Shown here piece by piece: positions 27,548-40,318 of a stretch of 64,000 bases of DNA. The notes under the pieces are model-generated. The model worked only from the letters and a program-made list of their open reading frames with translations, was not told the DNA's origin and made no database searches. The DNA is from Hydrurus foetidus (Eukaryota). Location of the stretch: positions 2,666,001 to 2,730,000 of the forward strand of contig UYFQ01000001.1 of the NCBI GenBank assembly GCA_900617105.1, read 5' to 3'. The position numbers were made by a program, and so were the translations under genes. The number at the start of each line of letters is the position of its first letter. Within the stretch, counting starts at the first letter, position 1.

Positions 27548-27581
27548 GATTGACGGCGCAGTAACGCCGCTTTGGCACAGC

Positions 27582-27632
27582 CAGAGTCAGAGTCAGAGTC
27601 AGAGTCAGAGTCAGAGTCAGAGTCAGAGTCAG
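27582..27632. repeat. Hexanucleotide tandem repeat (CAGAGT)x8.5, i.e. (TGACTC)n from the fccB stop
   Basis: Read directly from the sequence. Confidence 0.95.
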
Positions 27633-28933
27633 GTCAGTGTGTCCGCCCAAATGTTGCTGGCCCAATTCAGCGCGTAAACGCCTTCGAGTTCACTGGGCGC
27701 GGTACTCACCCCGCCCGACCCGGCAACCGTTTTAAAAGTTTTCTCAAGCGCCACATATTCATGCACGCTGGCCACGTGCACAACGTTTTTCTCGTCCACA
27801 AAGCTGTAGCAGGTGTTAGTGAGCATGGGCGCGGGGTTCACATCCCAGCCAGCCAACTGCGCCACGATAGCGCTGGCCGCCACTTTGCCGTGGCTGTTGG
27901 CCATGTGGCCGCTTTTGGGCATGCCCGGCGCAATTTGAATGGAATCACCCAGTACGTGCACGTCCTTGGCCGCTGTGGACTCGAAAGTCAGGTAATTTAC
28001 GCCGCACCAGCGGTTATTGGCGACGTTGTTAAGCCCGGTTTTGACCGCAATGGCGCCTGCGCGCATAGGCGGCAGTACGTTCAGCACGGCGGCTTTTACG
28101 TCATCTTGCACGTCAAACTTCACGGTGTTGGTTCTTGCATCTACGGCTACGGCTTTGTGCTGCGGGCGGTATTCCACCATGCCTTTGTACTGCTCGGCCC
28201 ACACTTTTTTGAACAGCGCGGGTTTAGACGTTACATCGGGGTTGGCGTCCAAAATCAGCACTTTTGACTTCGGCTTGAAGGCTTTAAAGTAACCCGCCGC
28301 AACCGATGCGCGCTCGTACGGGCCGGGTGGGCAACGGTACGGCGCTTCAGGAATAGTGATGGCGAACACACCGCCGTCAGGCATGGCTTCGAGCTGCTTG
28401 CGAAGTGCCACGGTCTCAGCTCCAGCTTTCCATGCTTGCAAAATCTGCCCGCCCGTATTAGCGGCTTGCAACCCTTCGATTCCGCCGAACATCAAGTCAA
28501 CGCCGGGCGAAACGACCAGCTTGTCATAAGCAATCACGCTGCCGCTGCGCAGAGTAACGGTTTTTTTCGCGGTGTCGATGTTGTCAGCAAAATCTTTAAC
28601 CACCGTAATGCCATGATTTTTAGTCAAGCCCGCATATGAAGTGGTCAAGTAATCAAGTTGCTTGACGCCGCTGATGACCAGATTCGACATGGGGCAAGAC
28701 ACAAACGCTTCTTGCGGCTCAATCAACACCACATCAATTTTGTAGTCTGACAGCATGCGCACATACTTGGCCGCTGTCGCGCCGCCGTAGCCGCCGCCAA
28801 TCACCACCACTTTGGCTTTAGACGGCACACCCGACATGCCGGCGCAACCCGAGAGCCCGGCTGCACCCAGCAAACTAAAGGCGGCCGAAGATTGCAGAAA
28901 TGCACGGCGACTCGATGCGAGGTTGTTTGACAT
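27629..28933 (-). CDS. fccB: Flavocytochrome c sulfide dehydrogenase, flavoprotein subunit (FccB/SoxF family)
   Basis: Tat signal SRRAFL, GGGYGGATAA, CPMSN, YRCPPGPYERA, PKSG, NTCYS. Confidence 0.88.
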   Translation of the reverse strand: MSNNLASSRRAFLQSSAAFSLLGAAGLSGCAGMSGVPSKAKVVVIGGGYGGATAAKYVRMLSDYKIDVVLIEPQEAFVSCPMSNLVISGVKQLDYLTTSYAGLTKNHGITVVKDFADNIDTAKKTVTLRSGSVIAYDKLVVSPGVDLMFGGIEGLQAANTGGQILQAWKAGAETVALRKQLEAMPDGGVFAITIPEAPYRCPPGPYERASVAAGYFKAFKPKSKVLILDANPDVTSKPALFKKVWAEQYKGMVEYRPQHKAVAVDARTNTVKFDVQDDVKAAVLNVLPPMRAGAIAVKTGLNNVANNRWCGVNYLTFESTAAKDVHVLGDSIQIAPGMPKSGHMANSHGKVAASAIVAQLAGWDVNPAPMLTNTCYSFVDEKNVVHVASVHEYVALEKTFKTVAGSGGVSTAPSELEGVYALNWASNIWADTLT

Positions 28934-28944
28934 GTCGGTGCTCC

Positions 28945-29289
28945 TTATTTTTTCAACGCTGCAAAGTACGTAGCCAGCAACTCAATTTGCGCATCGCTGT
29001 AGCCTTTGGACAACTGATGCATGACGGTAGCTGGCCGGGTGCCGTTTTTAAAGGCAGTCATTTGAGCAATCGTGTAGGCCTTGTCTAGCCCCGCGATGGA
29101 TACAACGCTGGAGCTGTCGACCGCTTTGCCGTTGGTGCCGTGGCAGTTAGCGCAGGTAGCAGCGAGGCTTTTGACGTACAAGGCGTCTTTGCCTGCGTCA
29201 GCCTGTGCATAGGCGGTAGGGGTCAGGCTGAGTGTTGCTACCAAAAGCGCTGCGAAAGCGGCCACTTTGGCCAAAACAAGAGTTTTCAT
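28945..29289 (-). CDS. Monoheme c-type cytochrome, probable FccA-like partner
   Basis: Signal peptide, CANCH heme motif, ATVMHQL axial Met; directly upstream of fccB. Confidence 0.85.
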   Translation of the reverse strand: MKTLVLAKVAAFAALLVATLSLTPTAYAQADAGKDALYVKSLAATCANCHGTNGKAVDSSSVVSIAGLDKAYTIAQMTAFKNGTRPATVMHQLSKGYSDAQIELLATYFAALKK

Positions 29290-29405
29290 CAATAGCTCCG
29301 TAGATTCATCTAACAGTCTAATTTACCGCCGCTGCGCAGCGCAAGCAAGGGGACAATCCAGTACCTGACAGCCCGCATAGGCGCAAAACGCGCGCCGCGG
29401 ATGAG

Positions 29406-30437
29406 TTAAAAAACAGCATCTGAATGCTGGGCCTGAAGCTCTCGGCTGGCCAGTGCCGCCATTGGCCTGCCGTAAATCCGGCGTATGCGCTCTGCCAGCG
29501 GCGGATGGGTAGCAAACCAGCTTTCGTGCGGTGTTGAGCCTACCAGCAACATGTGCTGCACTGACGGGTGCAACGGCCGCAGGTCGGCGGGCGAATGACT
29601 TTGCTCGCCCTGCTGCCAAAGCGCTTTGCGCAGCACACCACCCAAGCCTTCTTTGCTGCGCGTGAATTGCACGGCCCGCGCGTCTGCCAGGTATTCGCGC
29701 TGACGCGAAACCGCCGCTTTGAGCACACGCCCCGCGAGCCAACCCGCAGTGCCTGCGCATTTGATAGCAAAACCAGGCAGCGCCAAAAGCGACCGGCCGC
29801 CGTCGTCGCTCTCTTCGCACATCGCGGTGCCCAAGTTAAAAATCATCTCTAACCCCGACACCATACCCGCCAGCCGCATGTTCAGTTGCATGTCGCCCTC
29901 GCGGATATGACTGAATTCGTGAGCAACCAAGCCCTGCAGCTCGTCGCGGGTTAAAAAATCAAGCGCGCCCTGCGTTACAGCAACCACAGCGTCGTCTTCA
30001 TCCCATCCGCAGGCAAATGCATTGATGCTGACCACCCGGTCGAGCACCATGGGGGTCGGCGCTTTCATGCTGGCGGCAATGGCTAGCTCGCTGACAATAT
30101 TGCAGAACTTCAACTCAGCATCGTATGCACCCGCGCGCGACAGTGGGCCCAGTAAGCGGGCTTCGCGCGCGCCGACGCGTCGAGCCAGTTTTTCGCCGCT
30201 GCCATCAAGGTTAGAGCTTTCAATCCACCAGCCGCCGAGCACAAACAGCAGTGTCATGGCGGTGTTGATTTGAAAAAAATACGCTGGGTAGGACGCATCG
30301 TGCCAAGCAACCAAACGCCAGGTCAACGCCAGCGCCGCGTTAACGGCCATCACCAACCCCAGCAGCGTTAGCGCGAACAGCACCAACAGGCGTGCGGTTT
30401 GCGCTCTGGCTTCTCGTTGTTGGTCAAAAAAACGCAT
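29406..30437 (-). CDS. M48 family zinc metallopeptidase (HtpX-like)
   Basis: INAFA, AHEFSHI, SRQREYLADA, THPPLAERI. Confidence 0.88.
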   Translation of the reverse strand: MRFFDQQREARAQTARLLVLFALTLLGLVMAVNAALALTWRLVAWHDASYPAYFFQINTAMTLLFVLGGWWIESSNLDGSGEKLARRVGAREARLLGPLSRAGAYDAELKFCNIVSELAIAASMKAPTPMVLDRVVSINAFACGWDEDDAVVAVTQGALDFLTRDELQGLVAHEFSHIREGDMQLNMRLAGMVSGLEMIFNLGTAMCEESDDGGRSLLALPGFAIKCAGTAGWLAGRVLKAAVSRQREYLADARAVQFTRSKEGLGGVLRKALWQQGEQSHSPADLRPLHPSVQHMLLVGSTPHESWFATHPPLAERIRRIYGRPMAALASRELQAQHSDAVF

Positions 30438-30460
30438 CAGCTCACTGGCCGGTGGCGGCG

Positions 30461-31054
30461 TTACATCGCAATGCGAACCGCCTTGCGCTCTTGCTCGTTT
30501 TCAGTGGCCTGCAACATGGCCGACGGTGCAAAGCTGAATAACCTGGCAATCAATACCGCTGGAAATTGCCCCTGGGCGTTGTTGTAGTCCAGCACGGCAT
30601 CATTAAAAGCCTGGCGGGCAAAACCCACTTTGTTTTCAGTGCTGGTGAGCTCTTCACTCAGGCTTTGAATGATTTTATCGGCTTTGAGGTCAGGGTAGGC
30701 TTCATTGAGCGCAAACAGGTGCCCCAAGCTACCGGCGAGCGCTTGCTCGGCCGCAGCAAGGCTGGTAACGGCTTGCGCATCCGTTGGTTTGCTGCGGGCC
30801 GTGTCGCTGGCCGACTTGGCCTGGTTGCGGGCGGCAATCACGGCCTCAAGTGTTTCGCGCTCATGGCTCAAGTACTTTTTAGCGGCTTCAACCAGGTTGG
30901 GAATCAAGTCGTAGCGCCGCTTGAGTTGAACGTCGATTTGCCCGAAAGCGTTGGCAATCACGTTTTTCAGCCGAATCAAACGGTTGTAAGCGCCGACTGC
31001 CCAAAAGACGATCACGGCCAAGATAGCTATAAACAAAATGGTTGAAGTTGACAT
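30461..31054 (-). CDS. lemA: LemA family protein
   Basis: YNRL, IDVQLKRRYDLIPNLV, EAYPDLKA, TENKVGFARQAFND. Confidence 0.93.
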   Translation of the reverse strand: MSTSTILFIAILAVIVFWAVGAYNRLIRLKNVIANAFGQIDVQLKRRYDLIPNLVEAAKKYLSHERETLEAVIAARNQAKSASDTARSKPTDAQAVTSLAAAEQALAGSLGHLFALNEAYPDLKADKIIQSLSEELTSTENKVGFARQAFNDAVLDYNNAQGQFPAVLIARLFSFAPSAMLQATENEQERKAVRIAM

Positions 31055-31113
31055 GTTTACTCCTGGAACTTACCGTTATACCGCACGCTGAAGCTACTTG
31101 AAGTACGCCATAG

Positions 31114-31178
31114 TGCTATTATTTTAAGAGCTGCTCGCACCTGTATTTACTGGGCTACAGCTCTATTTTATACGTAAA
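31114..31178 (+). repeat. Dispersed ~65-bp element, copy 4 (between lemA and the rpoC terminator)
   Basis: tgctattattttaagagctgctcgcacctgtatttactgggctacagctctattttatacgtaaa. Confidence 0.85.
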
Positions 31179-31186
31179 ACAGACAT

Positions 31187-31227
31187 AAAAAAGGCCCCGA
31201 ACCCTGTTACGGGGCGCGGGGCCTTTT
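31187..31227 (-). terminator. Intrinsic terminator after rpoC
   Basis: aaaaaaggccccg...cggggcctttt hairpin with a U-tract on the minus strand. Confidence 0.85.
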
Positions 31228-31243
31228 GCGTTAGCGTGCCGAT

Positions 31244-34200
31244 TTACTCGGTAGTAGCACTTTCGCCGTCAGCGCCTGCGGGCAGGGCTTCGAGTTCTGC
31301 TGCTTCAGCTTCGGCAATGGCGCGGCGCTCTGCGTCGTCCATCAGGTCTTTGGCTTTGCGCGCTTCGTGGTACGCCATGCCGGTACCGGCTGGGATCAGG
31401 CGGCCCACAATCACGTTTTCTTTCAAGCCGCGCAGCTCGTCGCGCTTGCCCATGATCGCTGCCTCGGTCAACACGCGCGTGGTTTCCTGGAAAGAAGCGG
31501 CAGAGATGAACGAATCGGTCGACAACGAAGCCTTGGTGATACCCAACAACAGGTTGGTGAACGTGGCTGGCAGCTTACCGTCGGCGCGCAGGCTGTCGTT
31601 CATGTCGAGCATGACCGAACGCTCAACCTGCTCACCGGCGATGTAGGCCGAGTCACCCACGTTATCCACCACCACACGGCGCAGCATCTGGCGAACAATC
31701 ACTTCAATGTGCTTGTCGTTGATCTTCACGCCTTGCAAGCGGTACACGTCCTGCACTTCGTCGACGATGTAGCGAGCCAGCTCTTCCATGCCCAGCAAGC
31801 GCAGAATATCTTGCGGGTCGGCAGGGCCGTCCACAATCGACTCGCCCTTGTTGACCACCTGGCCTTCGTGCACCAGAATGTTCTTTTCCTTCGGCACAAG
31901 GTCTTCCCAGACTTTGCCTTCAGGGTCAGTGATCTGCAGGCGGATCTTGCCTTTGGTCTCTTTACCGAACGACACGGTACCGGTCATCTCAGCCAGCGTG
32001 CCTTTGTCTTTTGGCGTACGGGCTTCAAACAGCTCGGCAACACGCGGCAAACCGCCGGTGATGTCTCGCGTCTTCTGACCTTCAATCGGGATGCGGGCCA
32101 GCACTTCGCCGGGGCCCACGTCCTGACCGTCACGCACCTGCACCAGCGCGCCGATTTGAAAGCCAATCGTCACTGAGTGGTCGGTGCCAGGGATTTTGAC
32201 CTCCTTGCCAGCTGCGTCAATCAGTTTCACACCGGGGCGAATCACCTTGGTCGCGCCGCGACGTTTAGGGTCAATCACCACCAGAGTAGACAAGCCAGTC
32301 ACATCATCTACCTGACGAGCAACGGTCACGCCTTCTTCCACATTCTCGAACTGCGCCTTACCAGCAAATTCGGTAATGATGGGGCGGGTCAATGGGTCCC
32401 AGTTGGCCAGAATCGTGCCGGCCTTGATGGTTTGGTCTGCCTTGACAGCCAAAATCGCGCCATAGGGCACCTTGTGACGCTCGCGCTCGCGGCCATGCTC
32501 ATCGTGAATCACGATTTCACCTGAGCGTGCAATCACCACCAACTCTTTTTTGCTGTTGGTGACGTAACGCATTGGTGCGTTGAAACCAATCACGCCGTTG
32601 GATTTGGACTCTACGCTTGACGCAATCGCCGCGCGCGATGCCGCACCACCGATGTGGAAGGTGCGCATCGTCAGCTGGGTACCTGGCTCACCAATCGACT
32701 GCGCAGCAATGATGCCGACCGCTTCGCCAATGTTGATCAAACCGCCGCGACCCAAATCGCGGCCATAGCACTTGGCACACAGGCCAAAGCGGGTTTCGCA
32801 GTTCAGCGCGGTGCGTACCTTGACTTCGTCAACACCGGCTATCTCCAGCTCTTCAATCAAGTCCTCTTCAAGCATGGTGCCTGCCACGGCCAGCACAGAG
32901 CGATTTTCAGGATGAAGAATGTCCTCAACTGCAGTGCGGCCCAATACGCGGTCGCGCAGTGATTCAATGACCTCGCCACCCTCGACAATGGCGCGCATGA
33001 CGGAGCCGTTTTGTGTGCTGCAATCGTCTTCTGTCACCACGAGGTCTTGCACCACGTCGCACAAGCGGCGTGTCAGGTAACCCGAGTTGGCAGTTTTCAA
33101 AGCCGTGTCGGCCAAGCCTTTACGCGCGCCGTGAGTGGAGATGAAGTACTCCAGCACATTCAAGCCTTCGCGGAAGTTGGCGGTAATCGGCGTTTCGATA
33201 ATCGAGCCGTCGGGCTTGGCCATCAAACCGCGCATACCTGCCACCTGACGAATCTGTGCAGGTGAGCCGCGGGCGCTGGAGTCGGCCATCATGTAGATGG
33301 AGTTAAACGACTCTTGTTCGACTTCTTTGCCGTGACGGTCAATGACTTTTTCTTTCGACAACTGACCCATCATGACTTTAGAAACTTCGTCGCCAGACTT
33401 GCCCCAAATGTCGACCACTTTGTTGTAACGCTCGCCAGAAGTGACCAAGCCGGAGACATACTGCTGCTCGATTTCTTTGACTTCCTTTTGTGCGCGCGCA
33501 ATGATGGCGTGCTTTTCTTTAGGCACCAGCATGTCTTCAATGCAAATCGAAATACCGGTTTGCGTTGCCAAGCGGAAACCGGATTGCAGCAGTTTGTCTG
33601 CAAAAACCACGGTTTCTTTAAGGCCGCACTTGCGGAACGACACGTTGATGAGCTTGGAGATTTCCTTTTTCTTCAGCGCTTTGTTGATGTTGGAAAAAGG
33701 CAGGCCTTTGGGCAAAATTTCAGACAACAGCGCACGACCGCCCGTGGTTTCCCAAAGCTTGGTCGATGGCACAAACTCGCCGGTGGTTTTGTCCTTGGTG
33801 TAGTCGGTCAAACGAACGCTGATGCGTGCATTCAAGTCGAGTTCGCCCGCGTCAAACGCACGGCGGACTTCGCCCGTGTCGGCAAATACCAGGCCTTCGC
33901 CCTTGCCATTGGTACGCTCGCGCGTCGTGTAGTACAAGCCGAGCACAACGTCTTGCGACGGCACAATCGATGGCTCGCCACTGGCCGGGAACAAGATGTT
34001 GTTAGACGCCAGCATCAATGTGCGGGCTTCCATTTGCGCCTCAACCGACAGCGGTACGTGCACAGCCATCTGGTCGCCGTCAAAGTCAGCATTGAATGCC
34101 GAGCAAACGAGCGGGTGCAGTTGAATAGCTTTACCTTCAATCAAAATCGGCTCAAAAGCCTGAATGCCCAAACGGTGCAGCGTTGGCGCACGGTTGAGCA

Positions 34201-35458
34201 TCACCGGGTGCTCCTTGATGACTTCCTCAAGAATGTCCCACACCACTGGCGTGCCTGATTCGACTTCTTTCTTGGCTGCCTTGATCGTCGTGGCAATGCC
34301 GCGTGACTCTAGCTGCGCAAAAATGAACGGCTTGAACAATTCGAGCGCCATCAACTTCGGCAAACCGCACTGATGCAGCTTGAGCGTCGGGCCAACGGTA
34401 ATCACAGAGCGGCCTGAATAGTCGACGCGCTTGCCCAGCAAGTTCTGGCGGAAACGGCCTGACTTGCCTTTGATCATGTCGGCGAGTGACTTGAGCGCGC
34501 GCTTGTTGGCGCCGGTCATGGCTTTACCGCGGCGGCCGTTGTCTAGCAGCGAATCAACCGCTTCTTGCAGCATGCGCTTTTCATTGCGCGCAATGATTTC
34601 AGGCGCTTTCAATTCCAGCAAACGGCGCAGGCGGCTGTTGCGGTTGATCACGCGGCGGTACAAGTCGTTCAGGTCAGACGTTGCGAAACGGCCACCGTCG
34701 AGCGGCACCAGCGGACGCAAATCTGGCGGCAGCACTGGCAGCACATCAAGCACCATCCAATGCGGCTTGATGCCAGAGTTTTTGAACGCTTCCATCAATT
34801 TCAAGCGCTTGGCGTTTTTCTTGATTTTGATTTCAGAGCCGGTCAGGTCGTTACGCAGCTTGGTGATTTCGTCGTCAAGGTCGAGTCCTTCAAGCAGGTC
34901 TTTGATGCCTTCAGCGCCCATTTTGGCGGTGAATTCGTCGCTGTACTCTTTGCGCTTGGCATCAAAGTCGTCTTCCGACATGATGCTGAATTTCTTCAAA
35001 GGCGTCATGCCGGGGTCTGTGACCACATATGCTTCAAAGTACAACACGCGCTCAATGTCACGCAGCGTCATGTCGAGCACCAGGCCCAAACGTGATGGCA
35101 GCGACTTCAAAAACCAGATGTGCGCACACGGCGCGGCCAGGTCGATATGGCCCATGCGCTCGCGGCGAACCTTGGTTTGTGTGACTTCCACGCCGCACTT
35201 TTCGCAAATGACGCCACGGTGCTTGAGACGCTTGTACTTACCGCACAGGCATTCGTAGTCCTTGATAGGGCCAAAAATCTTGGCGCAAAAAAGGCCATCA
35301 CGCTCAGGCTTGAAGGTGCGGTAGTTGATGGTTTCTGGCTTTTTAACTTCGCCAAAAGACCACGAGCGGATCTTTTCTGGCGATGCCATGCCAATTTTGA
35401 TGGCATTGAAATGCTCATCCGGCGCGAATTGCTTGAACAGGTCGAGTAATGATTTCAT
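31244..35458 (-). CDS. rpoC: RNA polymerase beta' subunit
   Basis: NADFDGD, Zn finger CLCGKYK, full length. Confidence 0.99.
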   Translation of the reverse strand: MKSLLDLFKQFAPDEHFNAIKIGMASPEKIRSWSFGEVKKPETINYRTFKPERDGLFCAKIFGPIKDYECLCGKYKRLKHRGVICEKCGVEVTQTKVRRERMGHIDLAAPCAHIWFLKSLPSRLGLVLDMTLRDIERVLYFEAYVVTDPGMTPLKKFSIMSEDDFDAKRKEYSDEFTAKMGAEGIKDLLEGLDLDDEITKLRNDLTGSEIKIKKNAKRLKLMEAFKNSGIKPHWMVLDVLPVLPPDLRPLVPLDGGRFATSDLNDLYRRVINRNSRLRRLLELKAPEIIARNEKRMLQEAVDSLLDNGRRGKAMTGANKRALKSLADMIKGKSGRFRQNLLGKRVDYSGRSVITVGPTLKLHQCGLPKLMALELFKPFIFAQLESRGIATTIKAAKKEVESGTPVVWDILEEVIKEHPVMLNRAPTLHRLGIQAFEPILIEGKAIQLHPLVCSAFNADFDGDQMAVHVPLSVEAQMEARTLMLASNNILFPASGEPSIVPSQDVVLGLYYTTRERTNGKGEGLVFADTGEVRRAFDAGELDLNARISVRLTDYTKDKTTGEFVPSTKLWETTGGRALLSEILPKGLPFSNINKALKKKEISKLINVSFRKCGLKETVVFADKLLQSGFRLATQTGISICIEDMLVPKEKHAIIARAQKEVKEIEQQYVSGLVTSGERYNKVVDIWGKSGDEVSKVMMGQLSKEKVIDRHGKEVEQESFNSIYMMADSSARGSPAQIRQVAGMRGLMAKPDGSIIETPITANFREGLNVLEYFISTHGARKGLADTALKTANSGYLTRRLCDVVQDLVVTEDDCSTQNGSVMRAIVEGGEVIESLRDRVLGRTAVEDILHPENRSVLAVAGTMLEEDLIEELEIAGVDEVKVRTALNCETRFGLCAKCYGRDLGRGGLINIGEAVGIIAAQSIGEPGTQLTMRTFHIGGAASRAAIASSVESKSNGVIGFNAPMRYVTNSKKELVVIARSGEIVIHDEHGRERERHKVPYGAILAVKADQTIKAGTILANWDPLTRPIITEFAGKAQFENVEEGVTVARQVDDVTGLSTLVVIDPKRRGATKVIRPGVKLIDAAGKEVKIPGTDHSVTIGFQIGALVQVRDGQDVGPGEVLARIPIEGQKTRDITGGLPRVAELFEARTPKDKGTLAEMTGTVSFGKETKGKIRLQITDPEGKVWEDLVPKEKNILVHEGQVVNKGESIVDGPADPQDILRLLGMEELARYIVDEVQDVYRLQGVKINDKHIEVIVRQMLRRVVVDNVGDSAYIAGEQVERSVMLDMNDSLRADGKLPATFTNLLLGITKASLSTDSFISAASFQETTRVLTEAAIMGKRDELRGLKENVIVGRLIPAGTGMAYHEARKAKDLMDDAERRAIAEAEAAELEALPAGADGESATTE

Positions 35459-35484
35459 GATTTAAATCCTTATGAATCCCGTAT

Positions 35485-38400
35485 TTAAGAACGCTCTAGT
35501 TCCATGTCGATACCCAGCGAGCGGATCTCTTTGACCAGCACGTTGAACGCCTCTGGCATACCCGCCGTGATGGCGTGCTCGCCTTTGACAATGCTTTCGT
35601 ACACCTTGGTACGGCCCACCACGTCGTCTGACTTGACCGTCAGCATTTCCTGCAGCACGTATGACGCGCCGTATGCTTCCAGCGCCCACACTTCCATCTC
35701 GCCGAAACGCTGGCCACCGAACTGGGCTTTTCCGCCCAACGGCTGCTGCGTAACGAGTGAGTAAGGGCCAGTTGAACGGGCGTGCATCTTGTCGTCGACC
35801 AAATGGTGCAACTTCAGAAAGTGCATGTAGCCAACCGTGGTGGTGCGCTCAAACGCGTCACCCGTGCGGCCGTCATACAACTGGGCTTGCGTGCGGGTAG
35901 CTGTCAAACCTTTAGATTTAGCGACATCTGACGGGTAAGCCAGCTGCAACATTTCCATGATTTCAGCCTCGGAGGCACCGTCAAACACTGGGGTGGCAAA
36001 CGGCACGCCGTCTGACAAGTTGCCAGCCATCTCCAGCACCTGTACGTCAGACAGCTTGGACAAGTCTTCCGAACGGCCTGATTTGTTGTAAACCGAATCG
36101 AGAAGCTGGCGAACTTCTGCCACCTTGGCTTCTGCTTGCAACATGTTGCCTATGCGTTGGCCCAAACCTTTTGCAGCCCAACCCAAATGAACTTCCAGCA
36201 CTTGGCCAACGTTCATTCGTGATGGCACGCCAAGCGGGTTCAGCACGATGTCGCACGGTGTGCCGTCAGCCATGTGCGGCATGTCTTCCACTGGCACGAT
36301 TTTGGAGACCACGCCCTTGTTACCGTGGCGGCCGGCCATTTTGTCGCCTGGCTGCAAATGGCGTTTAACGGCCAGATACACCTTGACCATTTTTAGAACA
36401 CCGGCTGGCAGCTCGTCGCCCTGGGTGAGTTTTTTGCGTTTTTCTTCAAACGACAAATCAAAACTATGGCGCGTTTGCTCCATTGAGTTTTTGATGCTTT
36501 CGAGCTGCGAAGCAACTGCATCGTCGGCCGGGCGAATGTCAAACCAATGGAACTTCTCGACGCTGGCCAGGTAGGCTTTGTCGATTTTTGTTCCTTTGGC
36601 CAGCTTTTGCGGGCCGCCGTTGGCAACCTTACCGTTAAGCAACTTTTCAATGCGGTCGAACGCGTCAGCTTCAACAATGCGCAGCTGGTCGTTCAAGTCC
36701 AGGCGGAAGCGCTTGAGTTCGTCGTCAATGATTTGCTGTGCGCGCTTGTCGCGAACAATACCTTCACGCGTAAACACCTGCACGTCAATCACCGTGCCGC
36801 GCGAACCTTGGCTCACTCGCAATGACGTGTCTTTCACGTCGCTTGCTTTTTCGCCGAAAATCGCGCGCAACAGCTTCTCTTCTGGTGTGAGCGTCGTTTC
36901 ACCTTTTGGAGTGACCTTGCCCACCAGCGTGTCGCCCGGCTGAACTTCAGCGCCAACATAAATAATGCCGGACTCGTCCAAACGGTTCAGTTGGTGCTCT
37001 GCCAAGTTAGGAATATCACGCGTGATCTCCTCGCTGCCCAGCTTGGTATCGCGAGCCATCACCACCAACTCTTCGATGTGGATAGAGGTGTAGCGGTCTT
37101 CAGCCACCACACGCTCGCTGATCAAAATCGAATCTTCAAAGTTGTAGCCGTTCCAAGGCATGAAGGCGATCAGCATGTTCTGACCAATGGCAATTTCGCC
37201 CAGGTCAGTCGATGCGCCATCGGCAATCACGTCACCCTTGTCCAGCTTGTCACCCATCTTGACGATAGGACGCTGATGGATGTTGGTGTTCTGGTTAGAC
37301 CGCTGATACTTGATCAGATTGTAGATATCCACACCAATTTCACCGGCCAGTGCTTCCGCGTCGTTCACACGAACCACGATGCGGGTAGCGTCAACATAGT
37401 CAACGATACCGCCGCGGGTAGCTGTAACAACCGTGCCAGAGTCAACCGCCGCAACGCGCTCGATACCCGTACCAACCAATGGCTTTTCAGGGCGCAGTAC
37501 AGGCACGGCCTGGCGCGACATATTCGCACCCATCAAGGCGCGGTTGGCATCATCGTGCTCGAGGAATGGCACCAATGAGGCAGCTACCGACACAATCTGC
37601 GCCGGAGACACGTCCATGTACTGAACGCGCTCAGCGCCTACCAGAATCGATTCGCCGTTTTCGCGCGCGGAAACCAGATCACCGGTCAACGTGCCTTCTT
37701 TGTCCAATGCTGCGTTGGCCTGTGCGATAACGTACTTGCCTTCCTCGATGGCCGACAGGTAGTCAATCTGCATCGTGACTTTGCTGTCAACCACACGGCG
37801 GTAAGGCGTTTCAATAAAGCCATATTCGTTCAAGCGGGCATACAGCGCGAGTGAATTGATCAGTCCGATGTTCGGGCCTTCGGGCGTCTCAATCGGGCAG
37901 ACACGGCCGTAATGGGTCACGTGCACGTCACGCACTTCAAAGCCAGCACGCTCGCGGGTCAAACCACCAGGGCCAAGGGCCGATACGCGGCGCTTGTGGG
38001 TGATCTCAGCCAGCGGATTGGTCTGGTCCATGAACTGTGACAACTGCGATGCGCCAAAGAATTCTTTGAGCGCAGCCGAAATTGGCTTGCTGTTGATGAG
38101 GTCATGCGGCATCAAAGGCTCTTGCTCTGCCTGGCCCAAGCGTTCTTTGACTGCTTTTTCGATCCGTGCCAAGCCAGTACGGTACTGGTTTTCAGCGAGC
38201 TCGCCAACACAACGCACACGGCGGTTGCCGAGGTGGTCAATGTCATCGACTTCGCCGTTGCCATTACGCAAGTCAACCAAAATCTTGACAACTGCCAAAA
38301 TGTCTTCATTTGTCATGACCATTGGACCAGTAGAAGCTTCGCGTCCGACGCGGGCATTGAACTTCATGCGGCCAACACGCGACAGGTCATACGTATCAGG

Positions 38401-39609
38401 GTTGTAGAAAAGACGCTGGAACAGCGCTTGCACCGCATCTTCAGTCGGTGGCTCTCCGGGACGCATCATGCGGTAAATGGCAACGCGGGCGGCAAATTCG
38501 TCTGCAGTCTCGTCAGAACGCAGGGTCTGCGAAATGTACGAACCCTGATCAAGTTCATTGGTATACAGCACTTGGAGCTCTTGCACGCCAGCAGTACGCA
38601 GTTTTTTCAACAGCACATCGGTTAGTTCGTCGTTGGCCTTCGCAATGATTTCGCCGGTTTCTGCTTCGACAATGTTCTTGGCAACCACGCGGCCGATCAA
38701 AAAGTCTTCCGGCACGCTGATGCTGCTTGTGCCACTGGTTTCCAGTTCGCGAGTGTGGCGTACCGTAATGCGCTTGTCTTTGGCGACCACAACCTTGCCG
38801 GCCTTGTCGGTGATGTCAAAACGCGCGACTTCGCCACGCATGCGCTCGGCTACGAACTCCATCTGCGCGCCGCTGTCCATCAAGCGGAAGTTGTCAAACA
38901 CAAAAAAGTTCGCGAGGATGGATTCGTGGTTCAGGCCAATGGCCTTAAGCAGAATCGTGACCGGCATTTTGCGGCGGCGGTCAACGCGGAAGTACAAAAT
39001 GTCTTTCGGGTCAAACTCAAAGTCCAGCCATGAACCGCGATAAGGAATAATCCTCGCGGAGAAAAGCAGCTTGCCTGAGCTGTGCGTTTTGCCCTTGTCA
39101 TGCTCAAAGAACACGCCCGGTGAGCGGTGCAACTGGGACACGATCACACGCTCAGTGCCGTTAATCACAAACGAGCCTTTGTCGGTCATCAAGGGCACTT
39201 CGCCCATGTAGACTTCTTGCTCTTTCACTTCTTTGACAACTTTGGACTGTGAAGTCGATGACTCGCGGTCATAAATAATCAGCTGCACTTTGGCACGAAC
39301 AGCGGACGCAAACGTCAAGCCGCGGGTCTGGCATTCACGCACGTCGAATGCAGGTTTGGCCAGGTTGTATTCAAGAAACTTCATCTCGACAAAACCATTG
39401 TGCGAGACGATTGGAAAGGCGTTGTCGAAGGCAGCTTGCAGGCCTTCTAAGGTACGTGATTTGGGTGACTTATCTGCTTGCAAAAACGCGGTGTACGCGT
39501 CTTTTTGCATTTGCAGCAAATAGGGGACCGCCAGCACGCTCTCGCGGTTGCCGAAGCTTTTGCGAATGCGCTTGCGTTCTGTAAAGCTGTACGTGGAAGT
39601 TTGGGCCAT
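35485..39609 (-). CDS. rpoB: RNA polymerase beta subunit
   Basis: [34 protein letters not shown]. Confidence 0.99.
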   Translation of the reverse strand: MAQTSTYSFTERKRIRKSFGNRESVLAVPYLLQMQKDAYTAFLQADKSPKSRTLEGLQAAFDNAFPIVSHNGFVEMKFLEYNLAKPAFDVRECQTRGLTFASAVRAKVQLIIYDRESSTSQSKVVKEVKEQEVYMGEVPLMTDKGSFVINGTERVIVSQLHRSPGVFFEHDKGKTHSSGKLLFSARIIPYRGSWLDFEFDPKDILYFRVDRRRKMPVTILLKAIGLNHESILANFFVFDNFRLMDSGAQMEFVAERMRGEVARFDITDKAGKVVVAKDKRITVRHTRELETSGTSSISVPEDFLIGRVVAKNIVEAETGEIIAKANDELTDVLLKKLRTAGVQELQVLYTNELDQGSYISQTLRSDETADEFAARVAIYRMMRPGEPPTEDAVQALFQRLFYNPDTYDLSRVGRMKFNARVGREASTGPMVMTNEDILAVVKILVDLRNGNGEVDDIDHLGNRRVRCVGELAENQYRTGLARIEKAVKERLGQAEQEPLMPHDLINSKPISAALKEFFGASQLSQFMDQTNPLAEITHKRRVSALGPGGLTRERAGFEVRDVHVTHYGRVCPIETPEGPNIGLINSLALYARLNEYGFIETPYRRVVDSKVTMQIDYLSAIEEGKYVIAQANAALDKEGTLTGDLVSARENGESILVGAERVQYMDVSPAQIVSVAASLVPFLEHDDANRALMGANMSRQAVPVLRPEKPLVGTGIERVAAVDSGTVVTATRGGIVDYVDATRIVVRVNDAEALAGEIGVDIYNLIKYQRSNQNTNIHQRPIVKMGDKLDKGDVIADGASTDLGEIAIGQNMLIAFMPWNGYNFEDSILISERVVAEDRYTSIHIEELVVMARDTKLGSEEITRDIPNLAEHQLNRLDESGIIYVGAEVQPGDTLVGKVTPKGETTLTPEEKLLRAIFGEKASDVKDTSLRVSQGSRGTVIDVQVFTREGIVRDKRAQQIIDDELKRFRLDLNDQLRIVEADAFDRIEKLLNGKVANGGPQKLAKGTKIDKAYLASVEKFHWFDIRPADDAVASQLESIKNSMEQTRHSFDLSFEEKRKKLTQGDELPAGVLKMVKVYLAVKRHLQPGDKMAGRHGNKGVVSKIVPVEDMPHMADGTPCDIVLNPLGVPSRMNVGQVLEVHLGWAAKGLGQRIGNMLQAEAKVAEVRQLLDSVYNKSGRSEDLSKLSDVQVLEMAGNLSDGVPFATPVFDGASEAEIMEMLQLAYPSDVAKSKGLTATRTQAQLYDGRTGDAFERTTTVGYMHFLKLHHLVDDKMHARSTGPYSLVTQQPLGGKAQFGGQRFGEMEVWALEAYGASYVLQEMLTVKSDDVVGRTKVYESIVKGEHAITAGMPEAFNVLVKEIRSLGIDMELERS

Positions 39610-39863
39610 GAGTTCTCCGCTTTGGTAGGTTTAAGGACCTAATTAACTGACCTAGATAACTGCTCAGGTGACACTTTGCCCAAATGCACTACGCATTCAG
39701 GCGGGCTTGGTGGTTGGCCGCTACCAACCATGGCGGACGGTGACGCATTGCACGCCACCCGAACCAAGGTTTTTTCTGTCGTCGAAATTCAGAAAATACT
39801 GCAAAACTGGCTTGTAAAACCGGTTTTGCGGTACGCTCTTGGCGACTGCCAAACAAGCGCGAA

Positions 39864-39895
39864 GGGCTGGATGCTCTTTTATGAGCATCCAGCCC
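39864..39895 (-). terminator. Hairpin after rplL (probable rplL-rpoB attenuator)
   Basis: Perfect 13-bp stem gggctggatgctc/gagcatccagccc with a weak U-tract. Confidence 0.6.
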
Positions 39896-39911
39896 AAGCA
39901 AACACAAGCAA

Positions 39912-40286
39912 TTACTTGAGTTCGACTTTCGCGCCAGCTTCTTCGAGCTTCTTTTTGGCGGCTTCTGCGTCAGCCTTTGGAATGCCTTCTTTAACGTTCT
40001 TTGGAGCGCCGTCAACCAGGTCCTTGGCTTCTTTGAGGCCAAGACCGGTCAGTTCACGAACCGCTTTAATGACTTGCACTTTCTGAGCGCCAGCTTCGAG
40101 CAGAACGACGTTGAAGTCTGTCTTTTCTTCAGCTACAGCAGCAGCGCCGCCGCCGCCCGCAGCTGGCGCAGCCATTGCTGCAGCGCTTACACCAAACTTC
40201 TCTTCGATGGCTTTCACCAATTCGTTGAGTTCCATGACCGTCATGCTGTCCAGCGAGGTCAAAAATGCGTCTTTATCGAATGCCAT
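39912..40286 (-). CDS. rplL: 50S ribosomal protein L7/L12
   Basis: [22 protein letters not shown]. Confidence 0.99.
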   Translation of the reverse strand: MAFDKDAFLTSLDSMTVMELNELVKAIEEKFGVSAAAMAAPAAGGGGAAAVAEEKTDFNVVLLEAGAQKVQVIKAVRELTGLGLKEAKDLVDGAPKNVKEGIPKADAEAAKKKLEEAGAKVELK

Positions 40287-40318
40287 TTTAAAATTTCCTA
40301 AAAATCAGTTGATTGAAT

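Noticed and set aside
27572..28267. ORF with an ESESES tract
   Set aside because: Artefact of the hexamer repeat read antisense to fccB
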